Shown: one piece after another, positions 1-9,656 of the stretch | Layout of the letters: each line of letters begins with the position of its first letter | Position numbering within the stretch: the first letter of the stretch is position 1 | NCBI GenBank assembly: GCA_031409655.1 | Contig: JANNXQ010000043.1 | Location: 1-45,489, forward strand | Length of the DNA stretch: 45,489 nt | Direction: 5' to 3' | Origin: Chthoniobacteraceae bacterium | Lineage (GTDB): Bacteria > Verrucomicrobiota > Verrucomicrobiia > Chthoniobacterales > Chthoniobacteraceae | The notes under the pieces: model-generated | Seen by the model: the letters and a program-made list of their open reading frames with translations, nothing else | The model's database searches: none | Told to the model about the DNA's origin: nothing | Position numbers and translations under genes: made by a program

Positions 1-1686
1 TTTGGACGTGATCGGATTCGCGACGAACATGCACAGACCGTCGGCCTTCAGCGTCGGCGTGAGTTTTCTAAATGCACCCTCGCCGAGCGCGAGGCCGCTG
101 AGGCCGGTGCCGCCCATACGGAACTCCGCGGCGGGCGGAAACTCGGGCTGATAACTCTTGCGCAGCGCCTCCATGCCGCCGGGGTAGTAGGCGTATTCGT
201 GGAAGGGCATCACGGGGTAGCCGTAGTCATTCGCCTCCTGGATGAAGGCCTCACCTTCGCCGGTGATCACGAGGCCCCAGATGTTATTCGGCCCGACGCT
301 CGTCACTTCAAAGGCGCTGCCATCGGGCCGCATTTTCGCCATCGAGCACTTCGGAAAATCCACCGCGGCGTCACTGCCGGGCTTCTGCACTTTGCTGTTA
401 TTGAAAAGGCCCTGCGCCATCCAGATCCAGCCGCCGGGCGCGCGCGTGAATTGATGCGGAAAGAGATGTGAATCCTGCACGCCGAAGCCGGTGAGGATCA
501 CGTCGCTCGTGTCCGCTTTGCCGTCGCCGTCGGTGTCTTTGAAGAGCTTCAGATCGTGCCCGTGCTGGATGTAGCAGGTGTCGCCCGCGCCCCACGGCAG
601 GATGCCGAGCGGGATGGCGAGGCCGTCGGCGAAGACGGTGGGATTCGTGAGGCCGCCGGGCGGCAGCGGGGCGTTGAGCGACTCGCGCGGATAGACGACC
701 ACCTTGTCCTTCGCCTTCGTCTTGTAGAGCGCGTCCGCGGCGGCGGCGTTTTCGTTGCCATCCACGGGATACTCAAAGGCGGTCTGCGTCCACATGCGCC
801 CGCGCTGATCGAAATAGACGCTGACGAACTTGCCGAGGCCGTCGCTCTCCTGGACCACGAGTTCGATCTCGTAGCCGTCGGGGAGGCGAAAGAGTTTCTG
901 CTGCTCGGCGGCGGTCTTTGCGGAGCCTTGGACGGCGTTGCCTTCCTTCATCGGCTTGGGCGCAGCGGCGGCGGGTTTCTTCGGCGGCGGGGCGACGAGC
1001 GTACGCGCGGCTTCCACGCCGCCGAGCGATTCCCAAGTCGGTGCGCCAGGCGTGGGCGGGAGTTCTTCTATGGTCACGTCTTTCACCTGCACGAGCGCCG
1101 CGCCGCCGCTGTGGACTTGCGGACCGAGCTGGCCATCGAGCGCGATGTTCTGGTCCGGCTCGGTGTAGTCGAGCGCGAGCACGCCATTGATCCACGTCTG
1201 GATGCGCGGTCCCTCGGCGCGGATGCGGTATTCATTCCAGCCGAAGACGTCCACGGCCTTGTCGAGCGCAGCTTGGTTCACCGGCGTCGCGATGACCTTG
1301 TTGCGCCGGAATTCGTCGTAGATTTTCCCAAACCAACCCGCGCCGCAGTCGATCTGGTAGCCGCTCATGTGCGCCCCGCCAGGCACCCGCACACTGCGAA
1401 TCTGGATGCCGCTATTGATGAGCCCGGTCGTCGGATCGCCGCTGCACTTGATCTTCAGGCGCAGCTCAAAGTTTGCGTAGCCCTTCTTCGTGCAGATGAA
1501 GTAGTTCGCCTTGATCTTCTCCGTCGTGGAGCCGCCGGTGATTAGCCCGTCCTCGACGCGCCAGATGGCGGGATCGTAGTCCCAGCCTTCGAGCGTTTTT
1601 CCATCGAAGAGCGGAATTGGTCCGGCCGAAAATGCGGCGAGCGGAGTGAGCAACAAGGCGGCGAGGATGGGGATGATCGTCTTCAT
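1..1686 (-). CDS. Secreted DUF1080 (3-keto-disaccharide hydrolase-like) + PVC-type beta-propeller dehydrogenase-like protein, 3' end outside window
   Basis: Not in the ORF track; translated by hand from ATG 1686, with no stop seen before position 1. Signal peptide MKTIIPILAALLLTPLAAFSA; DUF1080 motifs PLFDGKTLEGW, NFELRLKIK, NSGIQIRS, GYQID, WNEYRIRAEG; then FRLPDGYEIELVV, FDQRGRMW, VFADGLAIPLG, DTDGDGKAD, GFGVQDSH typical of PVC-type propeller proteins. Confidence 0.85.
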   Translation of the reverse strand, partial: MKTIIPILAALLLTPLAAFSAGPIPLFDGKTLEGWDYDPAIWRVEDGLITGGSTTEKIKANYFICTKKGYANFELRLKIKCSGDPTTGLINSGIQIRSVRVPGGAHMSGYQIDCGAGWFGKIYDEFRRNKVIATPVNQAALDKAVDVFGWNEYRIRAEGPRIQTWINGVLALDYTEPDQNIALDGQLGPQVHSGGAALVQVKDVTIEELPPTPGAPTWESLGGVEAARTLVAPPPKKPAAAAPKPMKEGNAVQGSAKTAAEQQKLFRLPDGYEIELVVQESDGLGKFVSVYFDQRGRMWTQTAFEYPVDGNENAAAADALYKTKAKDKVVVYPRESLNAPLPPGGLTNPTVFADGLAIPLGILPWGAGDTCYIQHGHDLKLFKDTDGDGKADTSDVILTGFGVQDSHLFPHQFTRAPGGWIWMAQGLFNNSKVQKPGSDAAVDFPKCSMAKMRPDGSAFEVTSVGPNNIWGLVITGEGEAFIQEANDYGYPVMPFHEYAYYPGGMEALRKSYQPEFPPAAEFRMGGTGLSGLALGEGAFRKLTPTLKADGLCMFVANPITSK

Positions 1687-1711
1687 GAGATAAGATTCGA
1701 GGGAGAGATTA

Positions 1712-3127
1712 TCATGGCTTGGGCGTGGCCTCGGCTTTTTGTCGAGCAGCTTCGCGGGCTTTGTCTTTCGCGGTCTGGTGGCGAGGCGGCGGCGGGAAGG
1801 CGGGTTCGACGGTTCCCTTTTCCCATTCGGCGATGGCGGCGACGAGTTCGGCGACTTTGCCGGGCTGCTCGGCGGCTAGGTTTTTGGTTTCACCGATGTC
1901 GGTGGCGAGGTTGTAAATTTCAGCAGGCTTGTCATCGAGGCGGACGAGTTTCCAATCGCCACGACGGATGCCGTATTTGCCGCCGGGGCCTTCGCCGCGC
2001 CAGAAGAGCGTGTCATGCGGTGGGGCGGTGTTCTCGCCGGTGAGGTGGGGAATGAGATTCACGCTGTCCATGGGGCGGTCGCTGGGTAGTTGACCTTGGC
2101 ATTGAGCCAATGCGGTGGCCATGACGTCCAGCGAGATGACCGGCTGGGCATAGACGGCGGGCTTGAGCTTCGCCGGCCAACTGATGAGGAAGGGCACACG
2201 CGCGCCGCCTTCGTAGAAATCCGTCTTGCCGCCGCGCAACGGCGTGTTGTCGGTCCAGGTGGCGGCTTTGGTTCTTTCCAGCGGACCGCCATTGTCGCTG
2301 AAAAAGAAGACGAGCGTGTTCTCCCGCTGCTGCGTGGCGTCGAGCCGGGCGAGCACTTTGCCAATGTTTGCGTCCATGACCTGCACCATGCCGGCATAAG
2401 TGCGGCGCTTTGGGTTGGTGATGTGGGTGAGTTTGTCGGCGACTTCCTTCGGTGCCTGCAACGGCGTGTGCGGGGCGTTGAACGCGAGGTAAAGGAACCA
2501 CGACTTGCCCTTGTGGCGGTCCACGAACGCGGAGGCTTCATCACCGAACTGGTCGGTGAGGTAGCCCTTGTGCGATTCGCTGGTGCCATTGCGATCCATT
2601 TTCATTTGGTATTCACCCTTGCCATTGGGGGCTGGAAAATAGGCGTGTCCACCGCCGAGCAGCGCGAAACACTCATCAAAGCCGCGCCTGAGTGGATGAA
2701 ACTGCGGATGCGCCCCGAGGTGCCATTTTCCGACGAGTCCAGTCTTGAAGTCCTGCTTCCGCAACAAGTCCGCCATCGTGATCTGCGACACTGGAAAACC
2801 ATCACGCGTGCTCTTCGGCTGCCAATCGGGATTAGTCTCATGGCCGAATCGCTGCTGATAGCGCCCGGCGAGCAAGCCCGCCCGTGTGGGGCTGCAAAAG
2901 GGATGCGAGACATAGCCGTTCGTGCAGCGCACGCCTTGCGCCGCGAGCTCGTCGAGGTGGGGCGTGGCGATATCTTTGCAGCCTTGGAAGCCGACATCGT
3001 TGTAGCCCAAGTCGTCGGCGACGATGACGAGGACGTTGGGTTTCGATTGGGCGTGCAGAGTCGCGTTGAAGCAAACGAGCGCGAGGATCGCAGCGAACAG
3101 ATTTCTGAGATTCGGACAGATGAACAT
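1712..3127 (-). CDS. Formylglycine-dependent (S1) sulfatase, secreted
   Basis: Signal peptide; PNVLVIVADDLG, CSPTRAGLLAG, GKWHLG, FNAPHTP, FSDNG. Confidence 0.95.
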   Translation of the reverse strand: MFICPNLRNLFAAILALVCFNATLHAQSKPNVLVIVADDLGYNDVGFQGCKDIATPHLDELAAQGVRCTNGYVSHPFCSPTRAGLLAGRYQQRFGHETNPDWQPKSTRDGFPVSQITMADLLRKQDFKTGLVGKWHLGAHPQFHPLRRGFDECFALLGGGHAYFPAPNGKGEYQMKMDRNGTSESHKGYLTDQFGDEASAFVDRHKGKSWFLYLAFNAPHTPLQAPKEVADKLTHITNPKRRTYAGMVQVMDANIGKVLARLDATQQRENTLVFFFSDNGGPLERTKAATWTDNTPLRGGKTDFYEGGARVPFLISWPAKLKPAVYAQPVISLDVMATALAQCQGQLPSDRPMDSVNLIPHLTGENTAPPHDTLFWRGEGPGGKYGIRRGDWKLVRLDDKPAEIYNLATDIGETKNLAAEQPGKVAELVAAIAEWEKGTVEPAFPPPPRHQTAKDKAREAARQKAEATPKP

Positions 3128-3201
3128 TGGATGGAAAAAGATGGCGGTTGCTTGGGTGGGACTAGTTCTGGAGTTGCGTGCAGGCGATGGTCAGAGCCGG
3201 T

Positions 3202-4593
3202 TCAACGCTTCGGGTCGAAGAAGCGCGCGTTCTTCCCGGTCTGGTTGAAATCGCCGATGTCTCCGCGTGCCCATTCGACTTTCCTCATGAGTTCCTTCAC
3301 GACATTTGGATGGGAAGCAGCGACATCATTCTTCTCCCCAATGTCCGCATGCAAATCGAAGAGCATCGGCGCAGCAATATCGGCCCGGTCCTCCGGCGCG
3401 ATCATTTTGCGCCAGAGCTTCGGCACTACCGATGTCGCCGCGGAGCGCGGCAAGACCAACTTCCAACGCGCGGAACGCACGGCCTGAAGTTGGGTGTGCT
3501 GATAGTAGAAAAAGTCTTCGCTCGGCAAACTGGCGGCTTTGTCGCCGCGCATCAGTCCGCTGAGGTCACGGCCGTCGATGACTCGATCCGTGGGCACTTG
3601 TCCGCCGGATAATTTCGCCAAGGTGGGCAGCAGGTCCATGTTCGCCGTCACCGCGTCGCAGACCGTCCCTGCCGGTATCTTCCCCGGAGCGCGCATGATG
3701 CACGGCACGCGCTGGCCGCCCTCCCAGGTGGAGGTTTTGGCACTGCGCAATGGAAGGGCGCTGCCGCCGTGATCCTTCATGAACCACCAGGGGCCATTGT
3801 CGCCGGTGAAGACGACAAACGTGTTTTCATCCACGCCCAGGTCCTTGAGTTTGTCCAAAAGTCGTCCGGTGTTGAAGTCGATTTCTTCCACCACATCACC
3901 GAAAAGCCCGCGTGCGGATTTCCCGAGAAAATCCTTCGAGGCGGCCAGTTTGGTATGAGGCATGGAGTGCGCGAGATAGACGAAGAACGGCTTCTTTTGG
4001 TTTGCGGTGATGAACTGGATGACCTCGTCGGTGTAGCGCCGGGTCAGCGTCGCCATATCCGCATTCTGCTCGATCATCTTCTCATTGCGCAGCAGGTGGA
4101 CGAGCTTGTCGTTGCTCGACGGCGTGCCGAAAAAGTAGTCGAATCCTTGTTTGTTGGGCATCAGCGCCGGATCGAAGTCTGTCTGCGAGTGTCCTGCCAT
4201 GTCCCACTTGCCAAAGGCGGCGGTGGCATAGCCGAGCGGCTTCAGGACTTCCGGGATCATGACCTCCTTTGTGTGGACATAAAAATGGATGTCCTGCTTG
4301 TTTCCTCTTTTTGCGACCCGCAGCGGGTAGCATCCAGTCATCAAAGCCGTCCGCGACGGCCCGCAGACTGGCTGCCCGTAAAAGCTCGTGAAGCGCATTC
4401 CCTCCTTCGCCATCTGGTCAATACGCGGCGTCTTGATCAGCCGCGAGCCGAAGCACCCGAGGTCTTGATAGCCGAGGTCATCGCACAAAATGACGACAAA
4501 ATTGGGCGGCTGTTGTTCGGAACGAATTGTCGCTGGAAGGGCCAGATAGGTGCAGGCCAGCAAGGCAGGAAAGATTAATGAAAATAGTTTCAT
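3202..4593 (-). CDS. S1 sulfatase, secreted
   Basis: PNFVVILCDDLG, CGPSRTALMTG, GKWD, HSMPH, GDNGPW, EGGQRVP. Confidence 0.95.
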   Translation of the reverse strand: MKLFSLIFPALLACTYLALPATIRSEQQPPNFVVILCDDLGYQDLGCFGSRLIKTPRIDQMAKEGMRFTSFYGQPVCGPSRTALMTGCYPLRVAKRGNKQDIHFYVHTKEVMIPEVLKPLGYATAAFGKWDMAGHSQTDFDPALMPNKQGFDYFFGTPSSNDKLVHLLRNEKMIEQNADMATLTRRYTDEVIQFITANQKKPFFVYLAHSMPHTKLAASKDFLGKSARGLFGDVVEEIDFNTGRLLDKLKDLGVDENTFVVFTGDNGPWWFMKDHGGSALPLRSAKTSTWEGGQRVPCIMRAPGKIPAGTVCDAVTANMDLLPTLAKLSGGQVPTDRVIDGRDLSGLMRGDKAASLPSEDFFYYQHTQLQAVRSARWKLVLPRSAATSVVPKLWRKMIAPEDRADIAAPMLFDLHADIGEKNDVAASHPNVVKELMRKVEWARGDIGDFNQTGKNARFFDPKR

Positions 4594-4640
4594 AGTTCGC
4601 GGGTTTTGCTGGGATCCAGTCCAGAAGTGACGAATGTGGA

Positions 4641-6548
4641 CTAAGACCCTTCCATTCTTTTACCCTTTAAGGCGATGTCCTTTCTGAAGTCCGGTATCGG
4701 GATGAATAATCTCCCTGACTCGCACTTGAGAGCCTTTTCTGAAATCAGTGCGCCGCTGTAGGTGTCGAAAAATTGGAGCGCATACTTTCCGTCCTCCATG
4801 TCGGTCAGTTCACAGCGGTGACCCGTGATCGGCTCGTGCGACTGATGGCGATCGATGAACGTGTGCTTGGCATCATGAATCCACACATACGCCTTGGTCC
4901 GGCTCTTCCGACCGTAGGCGTTGGCGACGCCGCCTTTTTGGGCGAACGCGGTCATGTTTCTCAAATCCTCGCCCGCGAGAAACGCCGCCAGCGGTTTGTA
5001 GTGATAGTAGAGATCAAAAGCATCGAGATAGTAGTCCCACTGCCAGTGCATGGCCGTGCCCACGGCCCCCTGCATGATCGAAACCCACAGTTGATTGTGG
5101 AACGCGATGCCGGTGGGATCGTCGTGGGTGTCTTTCCGGCCGAACGGCGACACCGTGAATTCGCCAACCAAGACGGGCTTTGCATCCGAGTCGGCCCGCT
5201 TCCTGATGAGGTAGGCGAGGCATTCCTCGACTTCGAATTTCTTGAACCCACCGTCGATCCATTGATTGAAGGCCGGATATCGATGAATGGTGGTCAGGTC
5301 GATGTTGGGCAATTGCCAGACGGATGCCTGATTCAGGTTGTTGGCGAAACTCGTGGTCTCCAGATGGTGGGGATCCAGCGACTTCAGGTAGGCCGACATC
5401 TCGCGGTGCCATTCGAGTATGTTGGTTTCGTTTGATTTGTAGTCAATAGCTGCCCCCCAATTCATCTTGGGAGCGTCGGCCTCGTTCCACAGCTCATAGG
5501 TCAGGATGTTTTTGCTGTAGCCCCACCTCGCTACGATGTAGCGGAGGTAGCGCTTGTAGGATTCTTTGGCTTTCGTGTCCTTGAAGAATTCGGTGACGTC
5601 GGCCACCGGACCGCCATTGGCCGAATTGTAGGGATTTCGGCCCCAGCCCCAGTCTGGAAACCCCTTGGCTTCATGATCGAAGTCCTCCCAGTGGGAAAAA
5701 CACAGCCGGAAGAAAACGCCGAGTTGTTCCGCCTTGGCGACGACGTGATCCATTCGCCAGGAGGCTTTCTGATTAAATCGTCCGAGGCCCTGCCACGCAC
5801 TTGAGTAGGAGAGTTCGGTCGGGTGCGGCGTCCATTCGATCTGATCTCCCTCGCAGAAATCAAACTGCGCCATGTTGCCCCCGCTGGCGGACAATCGTTC
5901 CAACCATCGGTCGTAGTCGTAGGTTCCCGCGGTGTTGCTGCTCCCGCTCCATTCCCAACCAAGCAGATTGTGCCCGAGGCCGATGTAAGGCGACCCGTCT
6001 TCAAATTCGAGATAGGTGGCATCACGCTTTCCAACGGCCAGGAAGCCCTTGTTCGCAGAGGGCGTGGAAGTGAAACTCAAGAACCCGACGGCGGGATACC
6101 TGAGGGTGCTGCCTTTGTTTTCGCGATCGATGATCTCGATGTAATACCGATAAACCCCGGTGGTTTTCGGAGAGAAACGGAACATCCAGCCGTTGACCGT
6201 CGTGGCCTCAAATTGCTCGGTGTTGGCCCGCAGACTTCTTTGTAAACCTTCATACCAGAATCCGTGCGCTTTCGTGATTTCCCCGCCGTTCGGCAGGCTG
6301 AAATAGGCGTTTACCTCGACTTGGCTGGCATGGTCGTAGGGGTTGTCCCAAGATTTGCTCAGCGTTATGGTCGCTTCATACTTGGCGAGGCGCTCGACGT
6401 GACTTCGGTTGCGGGAAAAGGAAGTGACCTTCATCGGCTGGCCGGATTCTGCGCCCATGCTGCGCTCGGCAAAACCACACAGCCAAAACCCGAGGAGCAA
6501 AATGGCTGAAACCCTCATCATACGCGGTGGAATTTGATGGGACGGCAT
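4641..6548 (-). CDS. DUF5060-domain + clan GH-A (GH5-like) glycoside hydrolase, secreted
   Basis: N-terminal NPYD...GFWY...WMFRFSP (DUF5060-like); YIVARWG, YELWNE (acid/base), KPVLVGEF (nucleophile). The start may be 6521 (MMRVSAILL); ATG 6548 overlaps the upstream stop (TAATG). Confidence 0.8.
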   Translation of the reverse strand: MPSHQIPPRMMRVSAILLLGFWLCGFAERSMGAESGQPMKVTSFSRNRSHVERLAKYEATITLSKSWDNPYDHASQVEVNAYFSLPNGGEITKAHGFWYEGLQRSLRANTEQFEATTVNGWMFRFSPKTTGVYRYYIEIIDRENKGSTLRYPAVGFLSFTSTPSANKGFLAVGKRDATYLEFEDGSPYIGLGHNLLGWEWSGSSNTAGTYDYDRWLERLSASGGNMAQFDFCEGDQIEWTPHPTELSYSSAWQGLGRFNQKASWRMDHVVAKAEQLGVFFRLCFSHWEDFDHEAKGFPDWGWGRNPYNSANGGPVADVTEFFKDTKAKESYKRYLRYIVARWGYSKNILTYELWNEADAPKMNWGAAIDYKSNETNILEWHREMSAYLKSLDPHHLETTSFANNLNQASVWQLPNIDLTTIHRYPAFNQWIDGGFKKFEVEECLAYLIRKRADSDAKPVLVGEFTVSPFGRKDTHDDPTGIAFHNQLWVSIMQGAVGTAMHWQWDYYLDAFDLYYHYKPLAAFLAGEDLRNMTAFAQKGGVANAYGRKSRTKAYVWIHDAKHTFIDRHQSHEPITGHRCELTDMEDGKYALQFFDTYSGALISEKALKCESGRLFIPIPDFRKDIALKGKRMEGS

Positions 6549-7915
6549 TATCGTGTCTCTGCGCTTTGTCCCGCCGGGCGTTTGTTTTTCTGAATCTCGG
6601 CTTCGCGCGTTTTCGCTTCGGCCCGCAGTTTCGCGACGATGTCCGGATGGGCGGCGGCGACATTCACGGCCTCGCCGGGGTCATCGGCCAGATTGTAGAG
6701 GCCGCTCGGGCTGGCGGCTTTTTTCTTTGTTTGGACTTCTGTTTGGGCACTTTTCGGGTCGGTTGAATTGTCGGGCGAGTTCAGGAAAAGTTTCCAGTCA
6801 CCCTGCCGGATGGCGGCGAGGCTGGAGTTGGCCGCAAAATAGAGGTGCGTGTCGCGAACCGGCCCGGCCTTCGGATCGAACAGCAGCGGCGTGAAGTCGC
6901 GACCGTCAATGACGCGATCACCCGGCAGTTCGACGCCCACCAGCTTGGCGAACGTGGGTAGCATGTCGATGTTGCCGACGATCTGGTTGCAGGTCGTGCC
7001 AGCGGGAATTTTGCCGGGCCAACGAATGATGCAAGGCTCGCGCACGCCGCCCTCCCAAACACTACCCTTACTGCCCCGGAACGGCGGTGCGGCGCGACCA
7101 CTCGCCGGGCCGTTGTCGGAGGTGAAGATGACGAGCGTCTTCTCGTCGAGCTTGAGTTCTTTGAGCGTCGCCAGGATCTGCCCGACCGACCAGTCCACTT
7201 CTTCGATCGCGTCGCCGAGAGCGCCTTGCTGACTCTTGCCCGCGAACGCTGCGGACGCGGCCAGCGGATGGTGGACCATCGTGTGCGGAAGATAGACGAA
7301 GAACGGCCCGGCCTGATGCTCACGGATGAACTTCACCGCTTCCTCCGTGTAGCGCCGTGTGAGCTGCGATTGATCCGGCTCCGGCTCGATCACCACGTCG
7401 CCTTTGATCAAAGGCAGCGGCGGGAAGCCACGCCCCTTATTGCCCGTCCCCATGTCGTTGCTGTAAGGCAGGCCGAAGTAGTGGTCGAATCCTTGGCGCG
7501 TGGGGAGGAATTCTTTCTGCCAGCCGAGATGCCACTTGCCGATGGCGGCGGTCGCGTAGCCCTTTTGCTTCACGATTTCCGCCAGCGTGACTTCGTTTGA
7601 ATGCAGGCCGGTGGTGTCCTTCGGAAACAGCACTCCAGGGATGGAGACGCGCGTGTTGTAGCTGCCGGTCAGCAGACACGCGCGGGACATCGAGCAGACC
7701 GGCGTGGCGTAGAAGCTGGTGAACTTCATGCCCTCCGCTGCCATCTTGTCGAGATGCGGCGTGCGCACCTTGGTATTGCCGAACGGACCGATGTCGGCAT
7801 AGCCCAGGTCATCAATAAAGATGAGGACAATGTTGGGCTTGGCCGGCTCGGCGGCGGACAGGCTGGCGAGTGTTGCCAGCAGCAGTGCCGCGAAAAGTGC
7901 AATGGTGGTTTTCAT
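6548..7915 (-). CDS. S1 sulfatase with atypical CSMSR motif
   Basis: Signal peptide MKTTIALFAALLL; PNIVLIFIDDLG, CSMSRACLLTG, GKWHLG, TSDNGP. Alternative in-frame start at 7939 overlaps the upstream stop. Confidence 0.93.
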   Translation of the reverse strand: MKTTIALFAALLLATLASLSAAEPAKPNIVLIFIDDLGYADIGPFGNTKVRTPHLDKMAAEGMKFTSFYATPVCSMSRACLLTGSYNTRVSIPGVLFPKDTTGLHSNEVTLAEIVKQKGYATAAIGKWHLGWQKEFLPTRQGFDHYFGLPYSNDMGTGNKGRGFPPLPLIKGDVVIEPEPDQSQLTRRYTEEAVKFIREHQAGPFFVYLPHTMVHHPLAASAAFAGKSQQGALGDAIEEVDWSVGQILATLKELKLDEKTLVIFTSDNGPASGRAAPPFRGSKGSVWEGGVREPCIIRWPGKIPAGTTCNQIVGNIDMLPTFAKLVGVELPGDRVIDGRDFTPLLFDPKAGPVRDTHLYFAANSSLAAIRQGDWKLFLNSPDNSTDPKSAQTEVQTKKKAASPSGLYNLADDPGEAVNVAAAHPDIVAKLRAEAKTREAEIQKNKRPAGQSAETR

Positions 7916-7935
7916 AGAATGGGTTCGTTGAGAAA

Positions 7936-9558
7936 TCATTTCGCCCGAGGATCGACATACTCCTCGCGGCTCAGTTTGCCGTCGTTGTTCTTGTCGTAGG
8001 CTTTGAACTGCGCTTCGAGTCCTTTGCGGTTCCTCTGGCCGAGCTGGAATTCTTCTAGCTTCACGAAGCCGTCCTTGTTGCTGTCCCAGCTCGTGAAGTG
8101 AAGGGCGCTATCGACTCGGATTCTCCCGCCGGGCTGTCCGGCTGCTGCCGGTGCCGCTGCGGGTTTCCTCTTGGCTTGCTTGACCGGTTTGCTGCCGGGT
8201 GCGGGTGGCGTCCACTCGGCGGGCTTTGGATTGGCGACCGTCAGCGGGAACTTGTCGGCATGGCTGGCCATTTCCTTGGTCAGTAATGCCGTCAACTCGA
8301 CGATCTTCGCCGCGTGCTCGGGCTTGCCGGCGAGGTTGACCAGTTCGTGCGGGTCGGTGCTGAGATCGAAAAGTTGGGTGCGATCCACGAGTGGGTAGCG
8401 GATGAGTTTCCAGCGGTCATCGCGAATGGCGCGCTGGCATTCGCGGTAGCCGGTGTAGAGCACGTCGCGGACTTTCGGCTGCTTGCCGTTCAGGATCGGG
8501 GCGATGCTTTTGCCTTCGACGCCGTCGGGGATTTTCGCGCCGGCGAACTCCGCGAAGGTCGGGAACAAGTCCATGAGGTAAACCAACGCCCCGCTCTTGC
8601 CCTTGGCGATGCCCGGACCCGCGACAACGAGCGGGACGTGCATGCCGCCGAACTCATAGAGGTTTTGCTTTCCGAACAAGCCGTGCTCGCCCATCGAGAG
8701 TCCGTTGTCCGCGCTGAAGATGATGATCGTGTTGTCCCACTGGCCGCTGGCTTTCAGTTCGGCAAAAACGCGCCCGATGTGATGATCGAGTCCGGTGACG
8801 CAGGCGTAGTATTCGGCGAGTTGCTGCTTCGTGTCTGCCACGGTGCGCGGCCACGGCGCGAGGGTTTCGTCGCGCACGGTCATCTCGCCATTGTCGAAGG
8901 GATGCTGCGGCAGGAACGCCGGCGAGAGCGGGATTTTCGCGGGATCGTAGAGCGCATGAAACTGCGGCTCGGCGGAGCGCGGGTCGTGCGGGACGGGTGG
9001 TGCGATGTAGATATAGAAAGGCTTCGTCTCCTTCGAGGCCGTGCGCGATTTCAGGAACTCGATGGTGCCGTCAGCAAGACGGCGACTGTTACCCGCGCGC
9101 TCACCGCCTTTGCCTTCGTCACGAATGCTGGTTTGAAATTCAGCGAGACCGGCCGGAAAACCATTGCCAGCCTTCCCCATGTGCCACGTCTGATAGCCGG
9201 CGGCCTGAATGACTCGCGGGAGGAATGTCGTCGGATCGGCGGCATTAGGCGCGGCGGCGGGTGACTTCGGAATCCGCTGCCACGAGCGCCCCGTGAGCAT
9301 CATCGTCCGGCTCGGCGTGCAGACCGCACCGATCATGGAGCCCATCGTGTAGCAATGCGTGAAGGTCATGCCGCGCTCGACGAGCGAATCGAGATTCGGC
9401 GTGACGAGCAACGGATTGCCGAGCGCGCGCGCTCCGTCGGCACGATGGTCGTCGGCGTGGATGTGAAGGATGTTGGGTTTGGCAGCCGACGCGGCGTGAA
9501 GCGTGGCGAACGGTGCCACGACTAGCGCGGCGGTGAGGAGTGCGAGGGTGTGTTTCAT
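7936..9558 (-). CDS. S1 sulfatase with C-terminal EF-hand pair
   Basis: Signal peptide MKHTLALLTAALVVAP; PNILHIHADD, CTPSRTMMLTG, PHDP, SADNG, GKQNLYE; EF-hand loops DSNKDGFVKLEE and DKNNDGKLSREE. In-frame upstream ATG at 9654. Confidence 0.92.
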   Translation of the reverse strand: MKHTLALLTAALVVAPFATLHAASAAKPNILHIHADDHRADGARALGNPLLVTPNLDSLVERGMTFTHCYTMGSMIGAVCTPSRTMMLTGRSWQRIPKSPAAAPNAADPTTFLPRVIQAAGYQTWHMGKAGNGFPAGLAEFQTSIRDEGKGGERAGNSRRLADGTIEFLKSRTASKETKPFYIYIAPPVPHDPRSAEPQFHALYDPAKIPLSPAFLPQHPFDNGEMTVRDETLAPWPRTVADTKQQLAEYYACVTGLDHHIGRVFAELKASGQWDNTIIIFSADNGLSMGEHGLFGKQNLYEFGGMHVPLVVAGPGIAKGKSGALVYLMDLFPTFAEFAGAKIPDGVEGKSIAPILNGKQPKVRDVLYTGYRECQRAIRDDRWKLIRYPLVDRTQLFDLSTDPHELVNLAGKPEHAAKIVELTALLTKEMASHADKFPLTVANPKPAEWTPPAPGSKPVKQAKRKPAAAPAAAGQPGGRIRVDSALHFTSWDSNKDGFVKLEEFQLGQRNRKGLEAQFKAYDKNNDGKLSREEYVDPRAK

Positions 9559-9656
9559 AGGAAAATTCGATCTGCGGTTAGGCGTTGATTTGTCGGCAGC
9601 GAACAAACGTGCGGGTGGCTGAAGCAGCCGGTCGACTAAATGGAGGAATTTCATGA

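Noticed and set aside
556..1545. Long + strand ORFs opposite real genes (also 2090..3487, 12246..13475, 15153..16871, 17246..18649, 42946..44289)
   Set aside because: Antisense shadows expected from high-GC codon bias; no family motifs, and they overlap well-supported genes.
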